The notes below the pieces were generated by a model that was not told the origin of the DNA, did not search any database, and saw only the letters and a list, made by a program, of their open reading frames with translations. A DNA stretch of 64,000 nucleotides from positions 1-64,000 of IMG/VR virus record IMGVR_UViG_3300009506_000014, one strand, 5' to 3'. Below are positions 28,492-37,479 of this stretch, one piece after another; position 1 is the first letter of the stretch, and the number at the start of each line of letters is the position of its first letter. This stretch comes from a virus. A program made the position numbers and the translations under genes.

Positions 28492-29817
28492 CTACTTTTT
28501 TCCTTTCTTGCTCTTACCCCCTTTCTTTTTCTTATCCGATTTCTTGCTGGATGACTTCTTGTCCTTGGACTTCTTATTGCCTTTTCTCTTGTTCGACTTA
28601 TCAGGGATATCATCGTCGTCGTCATCCGGTTCAAAATCGTCGTCGTCATCGTTGTCATCATCATCGTCGTCGTCATCGTTGTCATCATCATCGTCATCGG
28701 CGTCATTGTCATCATCGTCGTCGTCATCATCATCATCATCGTCGTCGTCATCGTCATCGTCTTTTTTCTTCTTTGACTTTGATGACTTCTTTGATTTCGA
28801 TTTCTTCTTGTCATCATCATCGTCATCGTCATCATCGTCATCATCGTCATCATCGTTGTCGTCATCATCATCATCGGCGTCATTGTCATCATCGTCGTCG
28901 TCATCATCATCATCGGCGTCATCGTCATCATCATCATCATCGGCGTCATCGTCATCGTCTTTTTTCTTCTTTGACTTTGATGACTTCTTTGATTTCGATT
29001 TCTTCTTGTCATCATCATCGTCATCGTCATCATCATCGTCATCATTATCTTGACTTTCAACGATTTCAAGGAATTCCTTTTTCAATTCCTTGTAGTCTGG
29101 TTCGATGAGAAGAGCATCAAGGTCGTGAGCCATTTCAAGCATTTCTTCCTCATCATAAGGTTCTTTGCGTGACTTGAAGTTGATATCGGTGACTTCCAAG
29201 AATGGCTGTCTACCAATTTTCTTTTCTTCAAGCAGGAGTTTCAAAGTAGAGCCATTTTCGGCATCGGCAAATTCCCGAAAGTTGTCATCTTCATCAGCAT
29301 TAGATATACGACTTGCCAAGAGCTTCCCAAAATTGTGATAGGAAATATCCCAAACGTGACATGGACGCCGTTTGGTTTTCTTATCGGGCTTGTCGGCATG
29401 GTCAACAACATTCCACAACTGACGATGTTTTGTGTATAGTGACTTGAAGAATTCATCATCGGCATCCGGGTCACGTGCCATTTTGTCACGATGGTCGCAA
29501 ATTGGACACTTCCCTTTTTCAAAACTTTGCCTTGCACAGACTACGTATTTCTTATTGTTTACAGGGCCGATGACATGCACCCAATAAGAACGCACACAGG
29601 CTTTGTCCCCCTTTTCCCCGTCCGGGTTATATCCCTTGATAATATAACTCAGGATGTCAATTCTTACTTTGCCTTCCTTCGGGTCAAACATTTTGACACC
29701 TTCAGGCAGAGCAAGCGTTGTACTCTGTGCCCCGGAGAGACATCTATCAACCATACGGTCAACAAATGATGCAGAGCTTTTTTTCTTTTTCTTTTTGTCT
29801 TTACTCTTTTTCGACAT
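28492..29817 (-). CDS. Probable ssDNA-binding protein (gp32-like) with very long Asp/Lys low-complexity tail
   Basis: H…C…CPICD zinc motif of gp32-type SSBs; adjacent to RecA; acidic tail. Confidence 0.65.
   Translation of the reverse strand: MSKKSKDKKKKKKSSASFVDRMVDRCLSGAQSTTLALPEGVKMFDPKEGKVRIDILSYIIKGYNPDGEKGDKACVRSYWVHVIGPVNNKKYVVCARQSFEKGKCPICDHRDKMARDPDADDEFFKSLYTKHRQLWNVVDHADKPDKKTKRRPCHVWDISYHNFGKLLASRISNADEDDNFREFADAENGSTLKLLLEEKKIGRQPFLEVTDINFKSRKEPYDEEEMLEMAHDLDALLIEPDYKELKKEFLEIVESQDNDDDDDDDDDDDDKKKSKSKKSSKSKKKKDDDDDADDDDDDDDADDDDDDDDDDNDADDDDDDNDDDDDDDDDDDDDDDKKKSKSKKSSKSKKKKDDDDDDDDDDDDDDDDDDNDADDDDDDNDDDDDDDDNDDDDDFEPDDDDDDIPDKSNKRKGNKKSKDKKSSSKKSDKKKKGGKSKKGKK
28600..29050 (-). 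repeat. GAY (Asp) trinucleotide tract with 198-bp internal duplication
   Basis: KKKSKSKKSSKSKKKK block identical at about 28761 and 28959, embedded in poly-Asp. Confidence 0.9.
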
Positions 29818-29943
29818 ACTTTACTCCTTTCGTGTCATTGACAATTCTTTTTTATAAATGCGTCTGCTTTGTATAGGGCAATCTTGCCCCACTTCACACA
29901 GAAGTAAACAGCAAACGGTGACATTATAAATATTAAAACTATT

Positions 29944-30456
29944 TTAAGCATTTTTCTTTTTTCGTTTCTTGGCTTTGAAAGCTCTGCTTGCCAATGTCTC
30001 GTCAACAAGTTTGCTCATATCCCCCGGTGTATAAGGGACAGAATAATAAGATTGACCATGCAACTTGATGGCATTCTCAATCATATCTTTACGTTGGTAT
30101 AGGGCACTGATAGCAATAGATAACATCCTATATATACTTGCTGCCTTGTGGTAATCATCCAATGCCTCTTGGTATAAGGGACGCAATTGAACAGCATGAG
30201 AAACAGTTGTATCAGTGACTTTATCAATGCCATACCTCTCAGGGTCTTTCCTTATCTTTGTTGACAGTTTAGCTTCCACCTTTTTCAACTGAGCCTTGGC
30301 ATCATTCATGTCATCCTCTGCTGCTCTTTGCTGTGACGCATAGTGCAGGAACAGTTTTGGCTGGACAATGCACTCATCGACTAATTCGTTAGGGTCGATT
30401 TCAAGCAACGGCCTAAGCTCTTTTTCTGATTTCATTGTAATTTTAGTTTTCTTCAT
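29944..30456 (-). CDS. Helical protein, possible UvsY-like recombination mediator
   Basis: Coiled-coil character; next to SSB and RecA. Confidence 0.45.
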   Translation of the reverse strand: MKKTKITMKSEKELRPLLEIDPNELVDECIVQPKLFLHYASQQRAAEDDMNDAKAQLKKVEAKLSTKIRKDPERYGIDKVTDTTVSHAVQLRPLYQEALDDYHKAASIYRMLSIAISALYQRKDMIENAIKLHGQSYYSVPYTPGDMSKLVDETLASRAFKAKKRKKKNA

Positions 30457-30473
30457 TATTTATTCCTTTTTAT

Positions 30474-30507
30474 TATTATAGCAGTAACTACCAAAATAGT
30501 GACCAAC
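30474..30507 (-). promoter_or_regulatory. Putative phage promoter TTGGTCAC-N18-TATAAT
   Basis: Minus strand ttggtcactattttggtagttactgctataat; same layout at 36830-36861. Confidence 0.6.
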
Positions 30508-30510
30508 AAA

Positions 30511-31467
30511 TTATTCGTTATTGAATATTATACGAAAACATGCTGCCGAAAGCCCTGCATTGCTTGAATAAAAGAAAGTGTCCGAAAATTCATCAATTAC
30601 TTTGTAAGCTCTTTTAACAACTTGGGGACGTTTTGGATTCAATAGAATTTTGTTTGCGTATGATAGAGCTATCTGTCTTAGTATCTCTACCTCTTCCTTT
30701 GTGATATCACTAAGCATAGAAGCAACCTTTTTCCATGTCACTATAGGTTTGGATTTGTTGTCATCAAATACCAGTGTTCTCACAATGTCAATAGCTGCCG
30801 CCCGAACATGCTCTTCCTCTATGGCTTCCATCATTTCATCCTCTGTCTCCAAGTCTTTAACTTGATTCAAAATGACAAGAGCCTGCCTTGGTGAGCCGTC
30901 CGACGCCTCAATGATTTTGTTGATTAGTCTGTCAGCATTCTTGAATTTAAGTGACGCTTTATATATCATCTTATTAATCACCTTGAACATATCAGAGTCA
31001 CTCAATGGTTTGACAATAAGCTCAGTGCTTCTCGTGATTATAGCTCTGTCCATCTTTTCTTTGTGTGTTGTGCAAAGCATAAAGTAAACATGCTCCGGGG
31101 TATCTTCAAGTAGTTTGAAAGCTGCACTCTGAGCGTCACCAGTGAGCTTGTGACACTCATCAATTACAAATACTCGGATATCACCTTTGAATGGAGCTTG
31201 TTCAACTTTGGATTCGATAGCCCTGATGTCATTGACTCCCCTTTTACTTGCTGCATTAATTTCTTCGTAGTCAATAGCAGCACAGCCGAGTTTCTTCGAT
31301 ACAATCCTTGCCAGTGTTGTCTTGCCACAACCCGAAGGCCCGGTAAAAAGAATGGTATGAGGGACTTGATTTTTCTTCACCATTGCTTTTAGCTTCTTGA
31401 CAGTTTGTGGCTGTCCAATGACATCCGAGAATTTCTTTGGTCTGTATTTTTTGTAAAGCTCCTTCAT
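30511..31467 (-). CDS. Clamp-loader AAA+ ATPase (DnaX gamma/tau-like)
   Basis: LYKKYRPKKFSDVIGQ, GPSGCGKTT, IDECH, TRS, DGSPR. Confidence 0.92.
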   Translation of the reverse strand: MKELYKKYRPKKFSDVIGQPQTVKKLKAMVKKNQVPHTILFTGPSGCGKTTLARIVSKKLGCAAIDYEEINAASKRGVNDIRAIESKVEQAPFKGDIRVFVIDECHKLTGDAQSAAFKLLEDTPEHVYFMLCTTHKEKMDRAIITRSTELIVKPLSDSDMFKVINKMIYKASLKFKNADRLINKIIEASDGSPRQALVILNQVKDLETEDEMMEAIEEEHVRAAAIDIVRTLVFDDNKSKPIVTWKKVASMLSDITKEEVEILRQIALSYANKILLNPKRPQVVKRAYKVIDEFSDTFFYSSNAGLSAACFRIIFNNE

Positions 31468-31560
31468 GTTATCTCCTTATAATAAAAGTGAAATATAGTG
31501 ACAGTATTTGAAGACAATGAAAAAGAAAATCCTTTTTCAAACTAAAGAAGTATCTTTTAA

Positions 31561-32955
31561 TCATATTTTAATCTCCTTTTTGTGATACCATGACATTCCG
31601 GGTGGTGACGCTTCGGCTTCAATTTCCAATGGTGTGATTATGAACCCCCAATGCTTTTGCAAGTCAACGACCATTATCTGATAGGCAAGCTCTAAGAAAT
31701 CCTTCAGTTCCTTTTTGAGTATGTCTCCAACTATACTATCATGTATCTGTCCTATTAATAATGACTTCATTTTATATTTACGCATCATCTTTTCAAGCCT
31801 GATTAGCGACCATAAGAGACAATGAAAACATACTGATTGAACCGGGGTATTAATGACTTGGTTTCTATCGAAGTAACCGTGAACAGTAAAACCGCTCAGG
31901 ATGTCAATAGCACAGGTCTTCAAATATCTTTCATAGTGACTATCTTTCCACTGGTTATAAACCTTAAACTTTTTATTCCAAAAATGGTCTTCAACTTTCT
32001 CAATGTGATGTTCAAAGTCTTCGTAACTATCAATTCCTTTTTTCTTCAGATGCTTTCTTAGTGACTTGCCGTTTCGGGTGTGTAGCTTTAATTTTGTTAT
32101 GTTTTCCCACAGAGCCGATGCACAATTGCCAAAATAGTCACCATAGAATTGAGGGAATACAAAATTATTCTTGCCACAATATCTTATAATCCCTGCTCTC
32201 TTTTTATCATCCTTGTCATTTTCTATGGGAATTAGCTCTTCTTTCGGCAGCTTGAAACATTGCTGTGCCATGTCACGATGCAAGTCTTTTCTTTTATCAT
32301 ATAGATAGTCAATCATAACAGGGTCTTTATGATACCATGTCGCTCCATTGACTTCTATACCACCATAATCAAGCTCTACAATCTGTCTCTTACTCGACCG
32401 GGGGACAAAGCATTGCCTTATAAGCTCATTCATCATCGGGATTCTTATAGGCATGTTTTGAAAGTTTGGATGGTCACTACTACTTCGATGAGTAATGACA
32501 AGGTGAAGATTGAAAAAAGGATGAATAAAACCGTTTGTCACTTCACGTCTTATTCCCTTCAAATATGTATTGCAAGCCTTCTTTAATTTTTCAAGCTTCA
32601 GGAACATCTTGACATAAGGCTCACGGATTTGCATCAAGGCATGTTCATCGGTTTTTACTCTATCAGTCTTTGTCAATTCCTTTGCTTCATATCCCATAAT
32701 ATCAAAAAGAATATGTGCAAGTTGGGGACGTGAGCCTAATTTTAATCTTCGACCATAATACTTTTCAAGTTTATGATAGACTTCCAGCTTTTTCATCTTG
32801 GTTGTCAACTTCTGCATTTTAAGCTCAGTGCTATCAATTGCATCTTCAAGGTATCTTGTGTCAATACATATACCGTTTGCTTCAATGCGTGACAAGGTCT
32901 TTGAGCCTTCAAGCATTAATTTCCGAGCATCTTGTGTTGTGGCTTTTATTATCAT
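31561..32955 (-). CDS. Family A DNA polymerase, polymerase domain (split gene)
   Basis: THRSSSDHPNFQN, motif A LDYGGIE, motif B RYCGKNNFVFPQFYG, motif C QIHDS. Confidence 0.92.
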   Translation of the reverse strand: MIIKATTQDARKLMLEGSKTLSRIEANGICIDTRYLEDAIDSTELKMQKLTTKMKKLEVYHKLEKYYGRRLKLGSRPQLAHILFDIMGYEAKELTKTDRVKTDEHALMQIREPYVKMFLKLEKLKKACNTYLKGIRREVTNGFIHPFFNLHLVITHRSSSDHPNFQNMPIRIPMMNELIRQCFVPRSSKRQIVELDYGGIEVNGATWYHKDPVMIDYLYDKRKDLHRDMAQQCFKLPKEELIPIENDKDDKKRAGIIRYCGKNNFVFPQFYGDYFGNCASALWENITKLKLHTRNGKSLRKHLKKKGIDSYEDFEHHIEKVEDHFWNKKFKVYNQWKDSHYERYLKTCAIDILSGFTVHGYFDRNQVINTPVQSVCFHCLLWSLIRLEKMMRKYKMKSLLIGQIHDSIVGDILKKELKDFLELAYQIMVVDLQKHWGFIITPLEIEAEASPPGMSWYHKKEIKI

Positions 32956-33524
32956 ATATCTATAAGTTTGAATTTTTCTCTTGTTGACTTTGAAAAAGGA
33001 TTACAATGTTTATGGTAGAATGTAGCGACACGTGGTGGGTGATTTGTTCTTATTCCTATAAAGACTCTTTTTACCACATCATAAGTTTTTGGATTTGGAT
33101 TGGGCATCATAAGTTTATGATATATTATAAAAAGTCCCCCCGGTCTTAAAAACACATCAGCCTCTTTCGTCCACTTACTATATTTTAATTTTGGTGTCCC
33201 GTAGACATCCTTTGATTCTTTATTACTATATGGCGGGTCGGCAAGTATAATATCAAAACTTTCTTTTCTCTTTTTTAGATGTCTTGATAATTCGTGTATG
33301 TCGCAACATAGTTTTGGTTTAACAAGTGGTCTTATATCAACTCGATATCCTATCTTACACATACCACAAAAGAGACTCAAAACTTTTGCATTTCTATCCC
33401 TTAATATATTTCTTGCTAATCTGATAAGTCTCTCTTCAGCATATAAAGGCATTCCACCTTTATATGAATCTTTTTTTGGTCTCGGCAATACCCAAGCGAT
33501 ATTTTTACATTTTAAGTTTATCAT
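32952..33524 (-). CDS. Putative amino-DNA methyltransferase
   Basis: VLSLFCG and ILADPPY motifs. Confidence 0.7.
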   Translation of the reverse strand: MINLKCKNIAWVLPRPKKDSYKGGMPLYAEERLIRLARNILRDRNAKVLSLFCGMCKIGYRVDIRPLVKPKLCCDIHELSRHLKKRKESFDIILADPPYSNKESKDVYGTPKLKYSKWTKEADVFLRPGGLFIIYHKLMMPNPNPKTYDVVKRVFIGIRTNHPPRVATFYHKHCNPFSKSTREKFKLIDI

Positions 33525-33527
33525 CTA

Positions 33528-33764
33528 TTATTTATCAACTCGGCATTCTTTAAGAAGAGTAAATATATATCTGCATAAGGTGAAAATATCATTACATGTC
33601 ATTGTTTTAGTTGCAAATTTTTTATTCTTCACAAGCTTATAAAGTATCGCTGTACTCCTGAATAAGCTTTCTGTCTCATCTTCTATTTTCTTGCAAAGCT
33701 CTTCAAACTCTTCCGGTGACATATTATCGGTATCAATTACTTTTCTAATCTTCTCTGTCGCCAT
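33528..33764 (-). CDS. Hypothetical protein
   Basis: 78-aa ORF between the two polymerase halves. Confidence 0.55.
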   Translation of the reverse strand: MATEKIRKVIDTDNMSPEEFEELCKKIEDETESLFRSTAILYKLVKNKKFATKTMTCNDIFTLCRYIFTLLKECRVDK

Positions 33765-34987
33765 CGTTCAAATCTCTCCAATTCATCCTCTTGAAATTTT
33801 TGTACTTCGGAAGTCACTCTACTATCGAGTCCACCATATAACAGTAAATCCCTCATATCCAATTCATGTATCCTGTTATATGGTGACTTTCCTTTTTGTT
33901 TCAGATAAGGTGCTATATGCTCATCGTATATTGGCAAGCCTAACTTTGTGAATGCCTGAAAGTTTAATGATGTCACACCGGGTCTGCTATCAAGTATATG
34001 TGCTGTCACCATAGTATCCCAATACCAGTTGTTAGCATCCTTACCAAAAGCGTATCTTGTCCATCGTGACTCAAACTTTATGTTTTGGGCAATCTTTCTG
34101 GCTCTGTTTCTTACCATCTTGAAAAAAGGCTCTTTGACAATATCAGCAAACGGGAAGCTTATTGTCTCCAAGTTGTTCACGCAGACGGAGCAGGTGACTA
34201 TCTCGGCCTTTTCCCTTTCAGGTTTGAGGCAGTTTGATTCATAATCATAAGTAATCTTGTTTCTCTTGTTGTCAAAGTCTTTGGCGATAACTTTCAAAAG
34301 TCTCGCTGCCTTTGACGGATTTGTCAATATCTCAATCTGGCTTTTATAGTCCGGGACTTCCCGGAATGGTTTTGATTTAAGCCTTATTGCTCTTTTGATG
34401 TCACGCACAAACAATCTATTCAATGCCTTGTTGCCCTGCCTGAGTAAATAAGCAGGGTGATAGGTGGGACATATCCAAGCATTCAATCTTTGGCATGGTA
34501 TTTGGAAACTGGCCCATTGACCTATCTTTAAGTCACGCTCTCTGTCTTTGTAGAGCATTCCTATTAATGATTCTACAGCTACACCCCCAAGTAATATGAT
34601 GACATTCGGTTTGAATGTCATGATTTCTTTTACAATATTTGGTCTGCAAGCTTCTATCTGTTCTGTTTTGGGTTTATCGTTAAATGGTGGTCTGCAAGTC
34701 ACGGCATTTGTTCTTCGACAATCTCGGTCGAAGTCAACGCCATGATTGTCAAGAACATATCTGAGCATTTGTCCTGATTCACCTACAAGCTCCAAGCCCT
34801 GCTCATCCTCTTCTTTGCCCGGAGCTTCAGCAATAAAAAGAATCTTCTTTTGTCCCTTGCCATGTGGTTTCATGCATGGTGACAAACATTTCTTATAGAG
34901 CTTACAGAGTCCGCACTTGGCTACCCTGTTCTCCTGTAGCTTGTCACTCATACCCATTTCGGATTTTGAAAAGAAAGCTTTTCTCAT
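33737..34987 (-). CDS. Uracil-DNA glycosylase (family 4-like) fused to 3'-5' exonuclease; N-terminal part of split DNA polymerase
   Basis: CGLCKL, AEAPGKEE, TNAVTCRP, TYHPAY; Exo motifs YDYE, NIKFE, YGGLD. Confidence 0.88.
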   Translation of the reverse strand: MRKAFFSKSEMGMSDKLQENRVAKCGLCKLYKKCLSPCMKPHGKGQKKILFIAEAPGKEEDEQGLELVGESGQMLRYVLDNHGVDFDRDCRRTNAVTCRPPFNDKPKTEQIEACRPNIVKEIMTFKPNVIILLGGVAVESLIGMLYKDRERDLKIGQWASFQIPCQRLNAWICPTYHPAYLLRQGNKALNRLFVRDIKRAIRLKSKPFREVPDYKSQIEILTNPSKAARLLKVIAKDFDNKRNKITYDYESNCLKPEREKAEIVTCSVCVNNLETISFPFADIVKEPFFKMVRNRARKIAQNIKFESRWTRYAFGKDANNWYWDTMVTAHILDSRPGVTSLNFQAFTKLGLPIYDEHIAPYLKQKGKSPYNRIHELDMRDLLLYGGLDSRVTSEVQKFQEDELERFERWRQRRLEK

Positions 34988-36009
34988 TTCTTTTTCTTCT
35001 TGACTAAGTGCAGGGCTGAGACATATACAAAATTCTCGCCTGTCACTTTTATTAATCTTTTTGTTACCTCACAACTATCAAATCTTTCAACAATCTGACT
35101 CAATTGTGCAGGATGTATTTTGAATTTTATTGTGTCACCTTTGTAGCTTGCCTTTTTTGCTTCCTTGTATATGCCCCGGTCACCTTTACCTGTAACGATA
35201 ACCTTGCCCATTTCAAGTGTCACAAAGATTTTATTATCCTTTTCATCCAGTTTATCCGAAGCAAAAATCTCTGCACGTTCGGCTGTCTCTTTGATTCCTT
35301 TCGGCAGGATTGTGACTTTGCCCCTCTCTTTCAAGACCTCATCTATCTCCGGGAATGTCTCTTTATATCTCCGGCATGAGAACACAAGCCCTGTCTGGTT
35401 TTTGAATGACACCCATGTATCTGTAATGCCAATGTGTGTCATGTTCAGGGTCACAACAAACTTAACTGCTTCACGCTTAACACTCACATTCTCTTTTATT
35501 TTTGTGGACACTTCATACCTTGCAGCTTCATATCCGTCACAAGCTTCTATATGCTCAGGTGTAATATGAATAATGGTTGCTGTCCCTACAGCGTTCTTTG
35601 CTGTTGTTGCACACTGCTGGACAAGATTTAATCCATCAATGAAATTACCATCAAGCTTGTGCCACTTTGTTGCCACATCAAGATTTTCTTCGATGGGAAG
35701 CAGGAGCTTCCGGGTGACTCTAATACTGCATCTTTTGTTCCTGCCTTTTATCACAAGCTTCTTTTTATCCTCAATGTCAATATCAAGCTCGTCTTCTGTC
35801 AACTTTCTGAGAATGCTCAGAAACAACCGGGCCGGGACAGCAGCTTTGATATCAAGGCTACATTTCATAACACATGCAATCTCTTCGTTGTATGTCATCA
35901 CCATGCCATCCTTAAATACAAAACAGGTGGACTGTTCCACATCATCACGTTCTGCCAATCCAGCAAAAACAGAATCAAGCTCTTTTAATAAATCTTCACG
36001 TTTCACCAT
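34984..36009 (-). CDS. Sliding clamp (DNA Pol III beta-like)
   Basis: 341 aa three-domain pattern, EACDGY…A, ETFPEI motifs; in replication cluster with clamp loader. Confidence 0.7.
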   Translation of the reverse strand: MVKREDLLKELDSVFAGLAERDDVEQSTCFVFKDGMVMTYNEEIACVMKCSLDIKAAVPARLFLSILRKLTEDELDIDIEDKKKLVIKGRNKRCSIRVTRKLLLPIEENLDVATKWHKLDGNFIDGLNLVQQCATTAKNAVGTATIIHITPEHIEACDGYEAARYEVSTKIKENVSVKREAVKFVVTLNMTHIGITDTWVSFKNQTGLVFSCRRYKETFPEIDEVLKERGKVTILPKGIKETAERAEIFASDKLDEKDNKIFVTLEMGKVIVTGKGDRGIYKEAKKASYKGDTIKFKIHPAQLSQIVERFDSCEVTKRLIKVTGENFVYVSALHLVKKKKK

Positions 36010-36032
36010 GTCACTATTCCTTTATAAAAAGT

Positions 36033-36119
36033 GTTGGCTCTGCGTCTTGGAGAGGGTGATGAAAAGCCTTTTGCACAGCAAGCCATAGCGAACAAAAGGG
36101 TATGTCACGCAGAGCCAAC
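36033..36119. promoter_or_regulatory. Intergenic stem-loop
   Basis: gttggctctgcgt pairs with acgcagagccaac (13 bp). Confidence 0.55.
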
Positions 36120-36132
36120 GAGAAACAAAATG

Positions 36133-36783
36133 TCACGATTTGAATTGTTTTTTGCCTTTCTTGGTAAACTCAAATCGTCCCTTGGCTGTCTTCCTTGCAC
36201 GCCCGGCAGCAATGAGCTTATTCAGATAGTGGTAATAAGAGCCTGTCTCCATGCCAAGGGCTTTGAGAATATATTTGTAGGACAGGGGCTTTTTTGCTTT
36301 AGCCAAGGTAACATTAATCTTATGATAATTTGTTGTCATCTTTTCGCCAAAAGCATCTGTCTCTACCTTCGATTTCTTCTTGGGTGGTGACTTCTTGGTC
36401 TTGGTTTTGGTTTTTTCTTTCTTTGACTTTTTGGTTTTTTCTTTCTTCTCTGCCATTTCTTCTTGTCCTTTCTTTAATTGCTTATCAAATTCTTTTTGTT
36501 CGGCTTTGTCTTTTTCAAACTCGGCCTTTGGAATACGTAATTTAATCTTAGTGACATTATCCTCATCTGCATTGTCAAAGATTTCCTGAATTACTTCATC
36601 AAGCTCTTCATCCCCTGTCCCTGTCTCTTTGCCAAGCCACTGCGGAAGCTTTGCAAGTTTTCTTTTCAGTTTCTTGTTGCTCCAATTTGCCGCATCTTTT
36701 ATATGCAACGCTTCAAAGATACGCAAGGCAATTTTTTTCTTTACTCTAACAATTTGCTGCTCAGCCATAATTAACACCTTCAC
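36133..36783 (-). CDS. Lys-rich protein with possible C-terminal winged helix
   Basis: Basic linker, then LSYKYILKALG…YLNKLIAAG…GRF. Confidence 0.5.
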   Translation of the reverse strand: MKVLIMAEQQIVRVKKKIALRIFEALHIKDAANWSNKKLKRKLAKLPQWLGKETGTGDEELDEVIQEIFDNADEDNVTKIKLRIPKAEFEKDKAEQKEFDKQLKKGQEEMAEKKEKTKKSKKEKTKTKTKKSPPKKKSKVETDAFGEKMTTNYHKINVTLAKAKKPLSYKYILKALGMETGSYYHYLNKLIAAGRARKTAKGRFEFTKKGKKQFKS

Positions 36784-36829
36784 TTTCTTTTAACTTAATT
36801 TGCTTGTATCTGGACATTAAACTCATTAT

Positions 36830-36861
36830 ATTATAGTCGGCTGTCCAAGAAACGTGACCAA
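36830..36861 (-). promoter_or_regulatory. Putative phage promoter TTGGTCAC-N18-TATAAT
   Basis: Minus strand ttggtcacgtttcttggacagccgactataat. Confidence 0.6.
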
Positions 36862-37050
36862 AATAATTTTATCTGCCAAGGAAATTTTTCAGCTTGGTTG
36901 CTATCTTCATCACACTGTCAATCTGTGTATTCCATCTTGTGTTCATAGCAACGGCTTTAATAAGGGGAAGTGACCTTCCTTCTGTCACTAACTCTTCAAC
37001 AAATTCCCGAACGGTACGCCTATGGATATTGGCTTTTTCCTTTTTTGGTA

Positions 37051-37479
37051 TCACTTTGTTGTCCCTTCCATATATTTCTTTGCTTGCAGATTCATCCAAA
37101 CACGCTCCCACTTATCCCTTGTCTCTGTGCCATACTTCCCATCCGCCTCAATTGGATTCTCAGGTTCAAGCTCGTTAAGCTTTTTCTGAATGTCAATCAG
37201 GTTTGGGAATTCAAGAAACACTGCCCTCATATCTTTTACGTATGTCACTTTGGCATTACTTATTGCTACAAGAGCAAAAGCAAGAGCTATAAACAACACC
37301 ATAAGAAGACAAACGATTTCTCCTCTTGTCACTTTTCCTTTACCATAGAATTTTTTGTAGATTCTGCTTTGTCCTTCTTTTCTTAATTTTGCAAACATCT
37401 TATCTGCTTCCATAAAAAGTTTGTCCCCCTCTTGAAACAACTTGTCTACCTCATTAAATAATTCTTTGTCACTGCTCAT
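37051..37479 (-). CDS. Membrane protein with a partial peptidoglycan-binding-like motif
   Basis: One hydrophobic segment; IQKKLNEL…ADGKYGTET. Confidence 0.5.
   Translation of the reverse strand: MSSDKELFNEVDKLFQEGDKLFMEADKMFAKLRKEGQSRIYKKFYGKGKVTRGEIVCLLMVLFIALAFALVAISNAKVTYVKDMRAVFLEFPNLIDIQKKLNELEPENPIEADGKYGTETRDKWERVWMNLQAKKYMEGTTK

Noticed and set aside
28473-29108. His-rich, Ser-rich and Met/Thr-rich ORFs
   Set aside because: They are alternate-frame shadows of the poly-Asp GAY tract.
32956-33736. Self-splicing intron interrupting the polymerase
   Set aside because: The interval is filled by two ORFs with no room for a ribozyme core, and both polymerase halves have their own start and stop.
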